A stretch of DNA of 64,000 bases from the NCBI RefSeq assembly GCF_044324785.1, contig NZ_CP172127.1, one strand, 5' to 3'. The notes under the pieces were generated by a model that saw only the letters and a program-made list of their open reading frames with translations, did not search any database and was not told the DNA's origin. The DNA is from Escherichia coli. GTDB lineage: Bacteria; Pseudomonadota; Gammaproteobacteria; Enterobacterales; Enterobacteriaceae. Numbering within the stretch: position 1 is the first letter of the stretch; each line of letters starts with the position of its first letter. Below, in pieces: positions 1 to 10,899 of this stretch. A program made the translations under genes and the position numbers.

Positions 1-198
1 TTTGATATGCCTTGCTTTAGTATCCGTCAATACTGCCATACGCTAATTCCTGTTACTCTGGTATGCCATTCAGTATGCCATTAGTCTCTCACTTCACTAA
101 GAATACATTAGATAACATCGGACAGAAAAAATTGTAATGCATTGTTTATAATAAGGTTATATAACACTCCCGGATTAAGTCAGATTTATTTCAGGCGG

Positions 199-254
199 TC
201 CCCCTCACCGCCATATTTAAAGAAAAGCTCGTACGAAAGTACGGGCTTTTTTTT
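199..254 (+). repeat. Direct repeat copy A: degenerate tRNA-Ser 3' end (tCCCCCTCACCGCCA) followed by hairpin (agctcgtacgaaagtacgggct) and T8 run
   Basis: Read directly; near-identical module recurs at 374-433. Only 5 C in the C-run versus 7 in copy B. Confidence 0.6.
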
Positions 255-373
255 CGCATATTGCACTCCAGGGGGGATGAGAAGCCCCGACCGGGGTTCG
301 ACAACTGGCGCAGCCAGTTGGACAGACCACGAACGCAGTGAGTGGGCTGCCCGCAGGGCGAGCGAAGCGAGTC

Positions 374-433
374 TATCCCCCCCTCACCGCCATATTTAAA
401 GAAGAGCTCGTACGAAAGTACGAGTTTTTTTTC
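374..433 (+). repeat. Direct repeat copy B: exact 3'-terminal ~18 nt of tRNA-Ser(GGA) (ATCCCCCCCTCACCGCCA) followed by rho-independent terminator hairpin and T8 run
   Basis: 3' acceptor/CCA end matches the serW/serX tRNA-Ser end as I remember it; upstream 70 nt do not resemble a tRNA body (no GGTGAGG 5' acceptor strand, no T-loop). Confidence 0.6.
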
Positions 434-610
434 GCATTTTATCTGCCTGTACGGCAGTGAACTCAAATACTACACGTTTAGTCCGTTATTAATAAAGCAA
501 AGCCATCTCATTTTCCTGCTACCACCCTTTTTTATCCTTACCTTCCCGCAGCACTAATTATCAACAACTTACCATCATCATCAAAAAAAGGGTCTGAACC
601 TCCTCCACCC

Positions 611-651
611 CATAAACAAAAAGTCCGTAACCTCTTTCGAGATTACGGACT
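611..651 (-). terminator. Rho-independent terminator of clpA
   Basis: Hairpin agtccgtaa...ttacggact just past the clpA stop, followed on the minus strand by a T-rich tract. Confidence 0.6.
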
Positions 652-675
652 TCACCAACCTACCTAACAATTAGA

Positions 676-2952
676 TTAATGCGCTGCTTCCGGTTTGTGC
701 TTTTGCGCACTCTGGAATCCGTAAGTCAGCTCATTTTTCTCTTTATCCAGCGCGACGGTGACCTGACCGCCGTCCACCAGCGAACCAAACAGCAGTTCGT
801 TGGCGAGCGGTTTTTTCAGGTTGTCCTGGATGACACGCGCCATCGGACGTGCGCCCATTGCCCGATCGTAACCTTTCTCGGCCAGCCAGTTACGCGCTTC
901 CTGGCTCACTTCCAGAGAAACACCTTTCTGATCCAGCTGAACCTGCAACTCGACGATGAATTTATCCACCACCTGATGGATCACGTCGGTTGACAGATGA
1001 TCGAACCAAATAATGTTGTCGAGACGGTTACGAAACTCCGGCGTAAAGATCTTCTTGATCTCTTCCATCGCATCGGTGCTGTTATCCTGGTGGATAAGAC
1101 CAATCGATTTACGCTCAGTTTCCCGTACCCCGGCGTTGGTGGTCATCACCAATACCACGTTACGGAAGTCCGCTTTGCGTCCGTTGTTATCGGTCAGCGT
1201 ACCGTTGTCCATCACCTGCAACAGAATATTGAACACGTCCGGGTGCGCTTTCTCGATTTCGTCCAGCAGCAGCACCGCATGTGGATGCTTGATGACCGCA
1301 TCAGTCAGCAAACCGCCCTGATCAAAACCAACGTATCCCGGAGGCGCACCAATCAGACGGCTGACGGTATGGCGTTCCATATACTCGGACATATCAAAGC
1401 GCAGAAGCTCAATGCCCAAAGCTTTCGAAAGCTGTACCGTCACCTCTGTTTTCCCGACCCCGGTAGGGCCGGCAAACAGGAACGAACCGACCGGTTTATG
1501 TTCGTGACCTAAACCTGCACGCGCCATCTTAATGGCTTCAGTCAGCGCCTCAATGGCTTTATCCTGACCGAAGACCAGCATTTTCAGGCGATCGCCGAGG
1601 TTTTTCAGGGTATCGCGGTCACTCTGAGAAACACTCTTCTCTGGAATGCGCGCAATACGGGCCACCACGGACTCAATATCCGCCACATTAACGGTTTTCT
1701 TGCGTTTGCTTACCGGCATCAGGCGTGCGCGAGCGCCCGCTTCGTCGATAACGTCAATGGCTTTATCCGGCAGATGACGATCGTTAATGTATTTCACCGC
1801 CAGCTCTACCGCTGCACGCACCGCTTTTGCGGTATAACGCACGTCGTGGTGCGCTTCATACTTCGGTTTCAGGCCATTGATGATTTGAACAGTTTCTTCG
1901 ATCGACGGTTCAGTAATATCAATTTTCTGGAAGCGACGCGCCAGAGCACGGTCTTTCTCGAAAATGTTGCTGAACTCCTGATAGGTTGTCGAACCAATTA
2001 CGCGAATTTTACCGCTGGAGAGCAACGGTTTGATTAGGTTAGCCGCATCGACCTGGCCACCAGACGCTGCACCCGCACCGATAATGGTGTGGATCTCATC
2101 AATAAACAGGATGCTGTTAGTGTCCTGCTCCAGCTGCTTGAGCAACGCTTTAAAACGTTTTTCAAAGTCGCCGCGATATTTTGTGCCCGCTAACAGAGAA
2201 CCGATATCGAGAGAGTAAATCGTACAGTCAGCCATCACTTCCGGCACATCGCCCTGAACAATTCGCCAGGCAAGACCTTCCGCAATCGCGGTTTTACCGA
2301 CACCAGATTCCCCCACCAGCAGCGGGTTGTTTTTACGGCGACGGCAGAGAACCTGAATAGCACGCTCCAGCTCCTTCTCACGACCAATCAGTGGGTCGAT
2401 TCCGCCCACACGCGCAAGCTGATTCAGGTTCGTCGTGAAATTCTCCATACGTTCCTCCCCACCAGCTTGTTCTTCGCTGTTTGGCTGGCTGCCAGGATCA
2501 GAAGACTGTGTCGGCTCGTCTTTACGCGTGCCATGAGAGATAAAGTTCACCACATCGAGACGGCTGACTTCATGTTTACGCAACAGATATGCCGCCTGCG
2601 ACTCCTGTTCGCTAAAGATAGCGACCAGAACGTTTGCACCGGTAACCTCATTGCGACCGGAGGACTGGACATGGAAGACCGCACGTTGCAGTACACGCTG
2701 AAAACTCAGCGTCGGCTGTGTGTCGCGCTCCTCTTCACTGGCAGGCAGAACGGGTGTGGTTTGTTCAATAAAGGCTTCCAGTTCCTGACGGAGCGCAACC
2801 AAATCCACAGAACACGCTTCCAGCGCCTCCCGGGCAGATGGGTTACTGAGCAGCGCCAGTAACAAGTGCTCGACGGTCATAAACTCATGACGGTGCTCGC
2901 GCGCTCTGGCGAAAGCCATATTTAAACTGAGTTCCAGTTCTTGATTGAGCAT
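676..2952 (-). CDS. clpA: ATP-dependent Clp protease ATP-binding subunit ClpA (758 aa)
   Basis: Two AAA+ modules with Walker A motifs GESGVGKT and GPTGVGKT; start [10 protein letters not shown] as in K-12 (ORF track extends 5 codons upstream). Confidence 0.96.
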   Translation of the reverse strand: MLNQELELSLNMAFARAREHRHEFMTVEHLLLALLSNPSAREALEACSVDLVALRQELEAFIEQTTPVLPASEEERDTQPTLSFQRVLQRAVFHVQSSGRNEVTGANVLVAIFSEQESQAAYLLRKHEVSRLDVVNFISHGTRKDEPTQSSDPGSQPNSEEQAGGEERMENFTTNLNQLARVGGIDPLIGREKELERAIQVLCRRRKNNPLLVGESGVGKTAIAEGLAWRIVQGDVPEVMADCTIYSLDIGSLLAGTKYRGDFEKRFKALLKQLEQDTNSILFIDEIHTIIGAGAASGGQVDAANLIKPLLSSGKIRVIGSTTYQEFSNIFEKDRALARRFQKIDITEPSIEETVQIINGLKPKYEAHHDVRYTAKAVRAAVELAVKYINDRHLPDKAIDVIDEAGARARLMPVSKRKKTVNVADIESVVARIARIPEKSVSQSDRDTLKNLGDRLKMLVFGQDKAIEALTEAIKMARAGLGHEHKPVGSFLFAGPTGVGKTEVTVQLSKALGIELLRFDMSEYMERHTVSRLIGAPPGYVGFDQGGLLTDAVIKHPHAVLLLDEIEKAHPDVFNILLQVMDNGTLTDNNGRKADFRNVVLVMTTNAGVRETERKSIGLIHQDNSTDAMEEIKKIFTPEFRNRLDNIIWFDHLSTDVIHQVVDKFIVELQVQLDQKGVSLEVSQEARNWLAEKGYDRAMGARPMARVIQDNLKKPLANELLFGSLVDGGQVTVALDKEKNELTYGFQSAQKHKPEAAH

Positions 2953-2982
2953 AGGCACCTCCCCCAATTTTTATGCCTGCAT

Positions 2983-3303
2983 TCAGGCTTTTTCTAGCGT
3001 ACACAGCAATGGATGCTCATTCTCCCTCGCGTACTTGTTCACCATCGCCACTTTGGTTTCTGCAACCTCGGCGGTAAAGACTCCGCAAATGGCCTTCCCC
3101 TGGTAGTGAACAGCGAGCATCAATTGCGTTGCACGTTCTACATCATAAGAAAAGAATTTTTGTAACACGTCAATAACAAACTCCATCGGAGTGTAATCAT
3201 CATTGACTAATATCACTTTATACATAGATGGCGGTTTTAGCGCGTCGCGAACTTTTTCTTCCGCCAGTTGATCAAAGTCCAGCCAGTCGTTCGTTTTACC
3301 CAT
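2983..3303 (-). CDS. clpS: Clp adaptor protein ClpS (106 aa)
   Basis: 106-aa ORF immediately upstream of clpA in the same orientation; sequence [13 protein letters not shown]... Confidence 0.95.
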
Positions 3304-3625
3304 TGTCAGTTATCATCTTCGGTTACGGTTATCGGCAGAACGCCCTGCCGCTGACAAGAGCTTATTTGCCTGACCAATCTACTCCACATGATAGATAACT
3401 ATCATCTATCGTTGGCATCAGCGACATCTGTCACATTCCTGTCAATAGCGTTAACTGCTTCAAATTTTTGATTCATACCTGCCCCCTGGCCCCTGTCAAA
3501 TGCTTGACGGCTCGCCCTAATTCTCTAAATTGTATTTCTAGAGTTGGCGAGGTTTTGAACAGCCCCCTCTCTGACCCCGGTTTATTCCATCTTACTTGTA
3601 TAAGATTTGCGAAGGATGTCGAAGC

Positions 3626-3850
3626 ATGGAAAAGGGTACTGTTAAGTGGTTCAACAATGCCAAAGGGTTTGGTTTCATCTGCCCTGAAGGCGGCGGCGAA
3701 GATATTTTCGCTCATTATTCCACCATTCAGATGGATGGTTACAGAACGCTAAAAGCTGGACAATCCGTTCAGTTTGATGTCCACCAGGGGCCAAAAGGCA
3801 ATCACGCCAGTGTTATTGTGCCCGTCGAAGTAGAAGCAGCAGTCGCATAG
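3626..3850 (+). CDS. cspD: Cold-shock-domain protein CspD (74 aa)
   Basis: MEKGTVKWFNNAKGFGFI cold-shock motif; start set at the internal ATG that gives the 74-aa protein. Confidence 0.95.
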   Translation: MEKGTVKWFNNAKGFGFICPEGGGEDIFAHYSTIQMDGYRTLKAGQSVQFDVHQGPKGNHASVIVPVEVEAAVA

Positions 3851-3883
3851 CTCTTCTGTCTCATTGTGTACATCCTAAAGGCA

Positions 3884-3912
3884 AAATGCCAGCCCGATCG
3901 GCTGGCATTTTT
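3884..3912. terminator. Bidirectional terminator between convergent cspD and macB
   Basis: Perfect hairpin gccagcccgatcgggctggc flanked by A/T runs on both sides. Confidence 0.7.
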
Positions 3913-3922
3913 ATCTCAAAAA

Positions 3923-5869
3923 TTACTCTCGTGCCAGAGCATCTACTGGATCCAGTCGTGCCGCATTTCGTGCGGGTAACCAGCCAAATAAAATCCCGGT
4001 GACCGTCGAGCAGAGAAACGCCAGCAGCAGCGCCAACGGTGAAAAACCAATCTCCCAGCCGGGTAAGAAAAGCTGTAAGGTGAAAGCAATTAACAGTGAC
4101 AGTGTTATTCCCAACGCGCCACCGACCAGGCAAACCAGTACGGCTTCGATCAGAAACTGTTGCAAAACATCGCTTGCTCGCGCACCTACAGCCATGCGAA
4201 TGCCAATTTCCCGCGTCCGCTCGGTCACTGACACCAGCATAATATTCATTACACCAATACCGCCCACCACTAGCGAAATCACCGCCACCAGCGTCAGAAA
4301 CAGTTGTAAAGTACGTGTGGTCTTTTCAACGGTTTTCAAGACGCCGTCCATGTTCCAGGTAAAGAAATCCTTCTTACCGTGACGCAGTGAAAGTAAACGC
4401 GTGAGTTGCTGTTCCGCCTCGGCGCTGTCAAATCCTTCTTTCACCCTGACAGTAATGGAGTTCAGCCACGACTGGCCCATAACTCGCCCGGACATCGTGC
4501 TGTAAGGTAGCCAGACACGCAGCACTTTACTGCTACCAAACATCGACTGTTTTTCTTCCGCCACACCAATGACTCTGGCGGGCATATTGCCGACCAGAAT
4601 CACCTCGCCAACCACATCTGCTTTATGGGGGAAAAGCTGGCGACGAGTATTACTGTCGAGAACCACGACCTGCGCACGACCGTTCAGCTGCTCCTGATTA
4701 AAGGTGTTCCCTTCACTGAAGGTCATGCCATAGACATTAAAATAATCGCCGCTCACGCCATTGGCACTGGCAGCCACATCAACATTGTTATAACGCAGGC
4801 GCAGGTTTTGCGAGACGGCAGGTGTGGCTGAGGCGACCCACGGTTGTTTTTGGATGGCGATTAAGTCGTCGTACTTCAGCGCCTGCTGATATTGCGGATC
4901 GTCATCGCCAAAATCTTTCCCGGGATAGACATCAATAGTATTCGTACCAATAGAACGAATATCCGCCAGCACCATTTGTTTGGCGGCGTCACCCACCACG
5001 ACAATGGAAACCACCGACGCAATACCGATAATAATCCCCAGCATGGTCAGTAAAGTACGCATTTTATTCGCTGCCAGCGCCCGCCATGCCATCGTCAGCG
5101 CCTCGTTAAAACCACTGACAAACTGCCGCCAGCCAGACGCCGTGTTGACAGCAGGTTCCGTCCCGCCAGCAACATTCACTTTTTCAATGGCGGGAGGATT
5201 GCGCACAATTTCGCCGTCGCGAATTTCGATCACCCGCTCGGCCTGAGCAGCGACCTGCGGATCGTGGGTAACGATAATCACCGTATGCCCGCGATCGCGC
5301 AGCTGATGCAGGATCGCCATCACCTCTTCGCCAGAATGGCTGTCCAGTGCGCCGGTCGGTTCATCGGCAAGAATTACCTGACCGCCGTTCATCAATGCCC
5401 GCGCGATGCTGACGCGCTGTTGCTGACCACCCGAAAGCTGTGCCGGATAATACTCTGTACGGTCTTCCAGCCCCAGTCGTTGCAGCAACTCCTGGGCGCG
5501 AAGCAGCCGCTGTTTCCGCTCAAGACCAGCATAGACGGCGGGTACTTCAACGTTCTGCTCGGCGGTTAAATGCGAAAGCAAATGGTAACGCTGGAAAATA
5601 AAGCCGAAATGCTCGCGGCGTAGTTGCGCCAGCGCATCGGCGTCCAGCGTGGCAACATCCTGACCGGCGACGCGATAGGTGCCGCTGGTGGCCTTATCCA
5701 GACAGCCGAGAATATTCATCAGGGTCGATTTGCCGGAACCCGAAGCGCCAACAATCGCCACCATCTCACCCGCATAAATATCGAGGCTGATGCCCTTCAG
5801 CACCTCAACCTGCTCATCACCGGCAGGATAGCTGCGACGAATATCCTTTAATTCGAGCAAAGGCGTCAT
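3923..5869 (-). CDS. macB: Macrolide export ABC transporter MacB, fused ATPase-permease (648 aa)
   Basis: N-terminal Walker [10 protein letters not shown] and LSGGQQQRV signature, C-terminal permease; overlaps macA by 4 bp. Confidence 0.95.
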   Translation of the reverse strand: MTPLLELKDIRRSYPAGDEQVEVLKGISLDIYAGEMVAIVGASGSGKSTLMNILGCLDKATSGTYRVAGQDVATLDADALAQLRREHFGFIFQRYHLLSHLTAEQNVEVPAVYAGLERKQRLLRAQELLQRLGLEDRTEYYPAQLSGGQQQRVSIARALMNGGQVILADEPTGALDSHSGEEVMAILHQLRDRGHTVIIVTHDPQVAAQAERVIEIRDGEIVRNPPAIEKVNVAGGTEPAVNTASGWRQFVSGFNEALTMAWRALAANKMRTLLTMLGIIIGIASVVSIVVVGDAAKQMVLADIRSIGTNTIDVYPGKDFGDDDPQYQQALKYDDLIAIQKQPWVASATPAVSQNLRLRYNNVDVAASANGVSGDYFNVYGMTFSEGNTFNQEQLNGRAQVVVLDSNTRRQLFPHKADVVGEVILVGNMPARVIGVAEEKQSMFGSSKVLRVWLPYSTMSGRVMGQSWLNSITVRVKEGFDSAEAEQQLTRLLSLRHGKKDFFTWNMDGVLKTVEKTTRTLQLFLTLVAVISLVVGGIGVMNIMLVSVTERTREIGIRMAVGARASDVLQQFLIEAVLVCLVGGALGITLSLLIAFTLQLFLPGWEIGFSPLALLLAFLCSTVTGILFGWLPARNAARLDPVDALARE

Positions 5870-6981
5870 TGTGCAGCTCCTGGTTTGGCCTCACCAATCA
5901 CCACTTCATCGCCCGCTTCCAGCCCTTTGACAATCTCAACATCGGTATCGTTACGTGCGCCAATCGTCACTTCACGCTCGCGTGTTTCACCATTACGCAA
6001 CAATTTGACTTTATAACGATTATCGCCAACCGGATCGCCTAACGCCGACAGAGGGATCGTCAGCACATTTTTCACATCGGTGAGCTGAATATGCACTTGC
6101 GCAGTCATATCCAGCCGCAGCAAACCATTGGGGTTGGGGACTTCAAAACGGGCGTAATAGAAAATAGCGTCGTTAACCTTTTCCGGCGTCGGTAGTACAT
6201 CCTTGATTTGCCCCTCGTAGCGCGTCAGTGGATCGCCAAGTACCGTAAACCAGGCTTTTTGCCCCGGCTTCAGGTGGATTACATCCGCTTCAGAAACCTG
6301 CGCTTTTACCAGCATGGTGCTCATATCTGCCAGCGTCAGAATGTTCGGTGCTTGTTGTGCGGCAATCACCGTCTGGCCTTGCAGAGTGGTGATTTGCGTG
6401 ACTTCCCCGGCCATCGGAGCAACGATGCGGGTGTAATCGAGATTGGTTTTAGCCGTATCGAGAGAGGCCTGATTGCGCTTGATTTGCGCGTCAATGGTGC
6501 CAATTTGCGCCTGTTTCACAGCCATCTCCGTCGCGGCGGTATCGAGATCTTGCTGTGAAACCGCTTGCGTTTGTGCAAGACGTTGCTGACGGGAATACGT
6601 CACCCGCGCCAGTTTCAGCTCCGCTTCCGCCTGCTGCCGCTGCGCGCGTAGCTCCATCAGCGTTGCTTCGACCTCCTTGATCTGGTTTTCAGCCTGTTCA
6701 GGATCAATAACCCCTAAAAGCTGGTCTTTTTTAACTTTATCGCCAATCGCTACCGACAGCGTTTTCAACTGACCGCTGACCTGCGCGCCCACGTCAACCT
6801 TACGCAGCGCGTCCAGCTTTCCGGTCGCCAGCACGCTTTGCTGTAAATCACCGGGGCGCACAATCAGCGTCTGATAAGTCGGAACGGGTGCGTTAAGAAT
6901 TCTCCATAATGTAATCAGTCCGGCGATGACTATCACCAGCGCAATAACGTAACGCTTCTTCACGGTTTGCCGCTTTTTCAT
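5866..6981 (-). CDS. macA: Macrolide efflux membrane-fusion protein MacA (371 aa)
   Basis: Signal-anchor then coiled-coil/HlyD-like sequence; start at [14 protein letters not shown]. Confidence 0.94.
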   Translation of the reverse strand: MKKRQTVKKRYVIALVIVIAGLITLWRILNAPVPTYQTLIVRPGDLQQSVLATGKLDALRKVDVGAQVSGQLKTLSVAIGDKVKKDQLLGVIDPEQAENQIKEVEATLMELRAQRQQAEAELKLARVTYSRQQRLAQTQAVSQQDLDTAATEMAVKQAQIGTIDAQIKRNQASLDTAKTNLDYTRIVAPMAGEVTQITTLQGQTVIAAQQAPNILTLADMSTMLVKAQVSEADVIHLKPGQKAWFTVLGDPLTRYEGQIKDVLPTPEKVNDAIFYYARFEVPNPNGLLRLDMTAQVHIQLTDVKNVLTIPLSALGDPVGDNRYKVKLLRNGETREREVTIGARNDTDVEIVKGLEAGDEVVIGEAKPGAAQ

Positions 6982-7095
6982 AAATATTCTGAATACTCCA
7001 TATGCCAATCCGGGTCATTAACTTCAACGAAATATCAACAAAACCCTAAAATTTACGTTAGTAATCACACTATTGATGTTTGGTTAAGATACGCA

Positions 7096-8088
7096 ATGGT
7101 GAAATCGACGTCATGTATAACCATTGATTTCATGAATATGTCGCAGCTAACTGAACGGACCTTTACGCCATCTGAATCTCTCAGCAGCCTGTCACTTTTT
7201 CTTAGTCTGGCACGTGGACAGTGTCGGCCGGGTAAATTCTGGCATCGCCGTAGTTTTCGCCAGAAATTTTTGCTGCGCTCGTTGATTATGCCGCGTTTAA
7301 GCGTTGAGTGGATGAACGAACTTTCCCACTGGCCTAATCTCAATGTGTTGTTAACGCGCCAGCCGCGACTGCCTGTGCGTCTGCATCGCCCTTACCTTGC
7401 GGCGAATCTTAGCCGTAAGCAATTGCTGGAGGCGTTACGTTACCATTATGCGTTACTCCGCGGGTGTATGTCGGCGGAAGAATTCAGCTTATATTTGAAT
7501 ACCCCCGGGCTGCAACTGGCGAAGCTGGAAGGCAAAAACGGCGAGCAGTTCACACTTGAGCTGACCATGATGATCTCAATGGATAAAGAAGGTGACAGCA
7601 CAATCCTGTTCCGCAACAGCGAAGGTATTCCTCTGGCAGAGATCACGTTTACCCTGTGTGAATATCAGGGGAAAAGAACAATGTTTATTGGCGGACTGCA
7701 AGGCGCAAAATGGGAAATTCCACATCAGGAAATCCAGAATGCGACGAAAGCCTGCCACGGGCTATTTCCCAAACGCCTCGTGATGGAAGCGGCCTGTCTG
7801 TTTGCCCAACGTTTGCAGGTAGAGCAGATTATTGCCGTCAGCAATGAAACGCATATTTACCGCAGCCTGCGTTATCGTGATAAAGAAGGCAAGATCCATG
7901 CTGATTACAACGCTTTCTGGGAGTCGGTTGGCGGCGTATGTGATGCTGAACGCCATTACCGCCTTCCAGCACAGATAGCACGAAAAGAGATTGCCGAAAT
8001 CGCCAGTAAAAAACGGGCTGAATACCGTCGGCGCTATGAGATGCTCGACGCTATTCAGCCACAAATGGCCACGATGTTTCGCGGTTAA
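7096..8088 (+). CDS. ybjX: VirK-like protein YbjX (DUF535; 330 aa)
   Basis: Start MVKSTSCITIDF gives the 330-aa K-12 length; stop overlaps the convergent ybjD stop by 4 bp. Confidence 0.88.
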   Translation: MVKSTSCITIDFMNMSQLTERTFTPSESLSSLSLFLSLARGQCRPGKFWHRRSFRQKFLLRSLIMPRLSVEWMNELSHWPNLNVLLTRQPRLPVRLHRPYLAANLSRKQLLEALRYHYALLRGCMSAEEFSLYLNTPGLQLAKLEGKNGEQFTLELTMMISMDKEGDSTILFRNSEGIPLAEITFTLCEYQGKRTMFIGGLQGAKWEIPHQEIQNATKACHGLFPKRLVMEAACLFAQRLQVEQIIAVSNETHIYRSLRYRDKEGKIHADYNAFWESVGGVCDAERHYRLPAQIARKEIAEIASKKRAEYRRRYEMLDAIQPQMATMFRG

Positions 8089-9743
8089 TCCGCGCGACCG
8101 CGCGCCAGCCACAGCACGCGTGAGAACATTTTTTTCAGCAGCGTCGGTACGGAGTCCACACCACGACGTCCGGCCTCCATTGCCACTTCAATGGCAAGAT
8201 CGGGTTTGGAAGAGCGATGGATCGCTTTCGAGATAATTTTGCGCAGATTCATCGGTACATTTTCCGGGATTTGCGCCACGCGGTGGAACACATCGGAAAA
8301 TCCCTGGCGATACATAAAATGTTCCATATCCAGCGCCGGTAACGCCGTTAAATGTTCTCGTTCGGCTTCCCGATCGTTATTCAACAGGCTGCGTACCGTA
8401 GCGGCATATTTCTTCCCTGCTTCATCGCCATCGACCAGTACATGCCATTCAATCCCCATTCGCCGGGCAAATTTAACCAGTGGCTTTAGCCCGGACTGGG
8501 CAAACTCAATGACCTTGATCCCTTCGGCATCAAAATGATGTCCGCACTGACGCGCCAGTTCATTGATAACCCAGGTTTCCGTTTCCCCTTCCACCAGCAG
8601 CCAACAACGGGCAAACAGCGATGACGGACGGTTAAAACGAATGTGAAAGGATATGCGTCGGCTATCTTCGGTACTCAAGCCACTCGGTCCCAGACGCCAG
8701 GCGGCAACGCGAGAGGACTCACGTACCAGTCGGCAAACATGCTCTACCGGCGTTAACGAAAGCAACTCTCCCGAGTTGGTAGTAGCGATGCGCTGCAAGG
8801 GCAGAAGATTCAACAGATGCCAGGCAACTGAAAGCATAATGGGGTGTAAACGGGTTTCTGGATCTTCAATCAGCAATAATGGACGGGCGTCTTTATCCAG
8901 CCGCAATGTGCCTTTTGCCTGCAACAAAGTAGCAAACAGGCCGAGCAAAATAACCCGATACGAGCGCCCACCAGGTCGGTCAATCATCCGGTTGATGATA
9001 TCCAGATAGCGCCAGCTTCGTTGCTCATTGCTGGCTCGCCGCCGCATTAAACGATATCGCGCCTGTCCGGCCCCCTGCTCAGAGAAATAATGCTCAAGCA
9101 GCTGTACCATTGCGGAAAGTCCCTGACGAATCTGTCCATCAGAGAGATTTTGCGGATGTGAGGACAACTCACGGGCGAGGAAATCGAGCTGGCGCGCGGT
9201 GACTTCCACATTAGGGACATTTGGCACCGTGCCGTTACGAATACGGCGCATAAAACGGGCATCACGCAAGCGCAGCACCGGCATTAAACGCACCAGATGG
9301 CGTGCCTGATCGTTAATATCCTCGACATCAATCGGATGTCCGTCTTTATCGAGAAAACTGCGCAGTGTCATCACGCTGCCGTCTTCCGCACTCTCCCCTT
9401 CCAGACGATAAAAAATACGGTGATAGCCATCGGTGCATGGCGTCCAGCACGCTTCCAGTGGCCGATAGCGGCGTACCCGATGTCGGCCTGGCAGCGATTC
9501 GCGGAAGGTCAAAATAATATGCAGATGATGTTCTCGCCCGTTGATATCTCCCGGCGGGAACCAGAAATCGTCGCGCTCAAAATGGTAGAGATCTGATTCT
9601 GGCGATAGCAGCAGGGTTAAGGCGTCCAGCAAGCTGGATTTACCCCACGCGTTCTCCCCAATCAGGACGTTGTTTTGTTCCAGCATCAACGACAAACGGT
9701 TGATACCGCGAAAACCCACAATTTCAACGCGCTCAAGAATCAT
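8085..9743 (-). CDS. ybjD: OLD-family ATPase/TOPRIM protein YbjD (552 aa)
   Basis: N-terminal Walker A GENAWGKSS; 552 aa as in K-12. OLD/TOPRIM assignment is from remembered annotation. Confidence 0.88.
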   Translation of the reverse strand: MILERVEIVGFRGINRLSLMLEQNNVLIGENAWGKSSLLDALTLLLSPESDLYHFERDDFWFPPGDINGREHHLHIILTFRESLPGRHRVRRYRPLEACWTPCTDGYHRIFYRLEGESAEDGSVMTLRSFLDKDGHPIDVEDINDQARHLVRLMPVLRLRDARFMRRIRNGTVPNVPNVEVTARQLDFLARELSSHPQNLSDGQIRQGLSAMVQLLEHYFSEQGAGQARYRLMRRRASNEQRSWRYLDIINRMIDRPGGRSYRVILLGLFATLLQAKGTLRLDKDARPLLLIEDPETRLHPIMLSVAWHLLNLLPLQRIATTNSGELLSLTPVEHVCRLVRESSRVAAWRLGPSGLSTEDSRRISFHIRFNRPSSLFARCWLLVEGETETWVINELARQCGHHFDAEGIKVIEFAQSGLKPLVKFARRMGIEWHVLVDGDEAGKKYAATVRSLLNNDREAEREHLTALPALDMEHFMYRQGFSDVFHRVAQIPENVPMNLRKIISKAIHRSSKPDLAIEVAMEAGRRGVDSVPTLLKKMFSRVLWLARGRAD

Positions 9744-10168
9744 ATCCCCTCCAGAAATATGTGACTTATCCTTTACGCTGGCAGTATAACGGGAAAGGCC
9801 TTACTAATACGTGATGACATCACATTTAAGCATGGCAAATGTCTGAAAAATGAGCGAATAATCGCGTTATACTCCCTCTTGCTGATAAGCCTGCAAAAAC
9901 AACAAAATCAAATAATTAGCATGATAAATTATTTTTTATTACGCCTAAAGGATTAAATCTTTCGCTTGCACTACACTGTCAATCAGACAAATGACTATAT
10001 GGGGCAACCCGCTGTTGCCCTAAATCAAATTTACTGGATTTATTTATCTGGCGAATGATTTGCCTTCGTTTTTAAAATAGCCGCGCATTATTTCCGTCGT
10101 CACTTTTTTACGACGACCCTATAAAACGACCATATTTTTCACAGGGTCAATTTTTAATTGAGGTGGAT

Positions 10169-10864
10169 ATGTTCAGAAAATTAGCAGCTGAATGTTTTGG
10201 TACTTTCTGGCTTGTTTTTGGTGGCTGTGGTAGTGCCGTACTGGCCGCAGGCTTCCCGGAATTAGGCATTGGTTTTGCCGGCGTGGCGTTGGCGTTCGGT
10301 CTGACCGTTCTGACGATGGCCTTTGCTGTTGGTCATATTTCTGGTGGTCATTTTAACCCGGCGGTCACTATTGGTTTATGGGCTGGCGGACGTTTCCCGG
10401 CAAAAGAAGTCGTTGGCTACGTAATTGCCCAGGTTGTCGGCGGTATTGTTGCGGCGGCGCTGCTGTATTTAATTGCCAGTGGTAAAACGGGTTTTGACGC
10501 GGCAGCCAGCGGTTTTGCTTCTAACGGTTATGGCGAGCATTCGCCAGGCGGTTATTCCATGCTTTCCGCGCTGGTAGTTGAACTGGTATTGAGTGCAGGT
10601 TTCCTGCTGGTGATCCACGGCGCAACCGACAAATTCGCTCCTGCTGGTTTTGCGCCGATCGCTATTGGTCTGGCCTTAACCCTGATTCACTTAATCAGTA
10701 TTCCGGTGACTAACACTTCTGTTAACCCGGCGCGCAGCACCGCGGTTGCTATCTTCCAGGGCGGCTGGGCATTAGAACAACTGTGGTTCTTCTGGGTGGT
10801 GCCAATTGTCGGCGGTATTATCGGTGGTCTGATTTACCGGACCCTGCTGGAAAAGCGTAATTAA
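10169..10864 (+). CDS. aqpZ: Aquaporin Z (231 aa)
   Basis: Both NPA motifs present (HFNPAVT and SVNPARS); start [13 protein letters not shown]. Confidence 0.96.
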   Translation: MFRKLAAECFGTFWLVFGGCGSAVLAAGFPELGIGFAGVALAFGLTVLTMAFAVGHISGGHFNPAVTIGLWAGGRFPAKEVVGYVIAQVVGGIVAAALLYLIASGKTGFDAAASGFASNGYGEHSPGGYSMLSALVVELVLSAGFLLVIHGATDKFAPAGFAPIAIGLALTLIHLISIPVTNTSVNPARSTAVAIFQGGWALEQLWFFWVVPIVGGIIGGLIYRTLLEKRN

Positions 10865-10899
10865 TTAGCATTGGCATTTTATCTGCCCTGGTTGTTTTA

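Noticed and set aside
256-392. Possible intact tRNA ending at the CCA at 392
   Set aside because: No 5' strand (GGTGAGG) is present to pair with the CCTCACC acceptor 3' strand, and no T-loop or anticodon arm is recognisable; left as a remnant or unknown RNA rather than called a tRNA.
142-557. ORFs 142-399 (+), 191-466 (-) and 342-557 (+) overlapping the tRNA-remnant repeats
   Set aside because: They run through terminator hairpins and duplicated tRNA 3' ends, have no ribosome-binding site, and are low-complexity; they look like reading-frame artefacts of a non-coding region.
6982-7095. Possible PhoP box in the macA–ybjX divergent promoter region
   Set aside because: Only loose resemblance to the TGTTTA direct-repeat consensus (gatgtttggttaagat); cannot be supported by eye.
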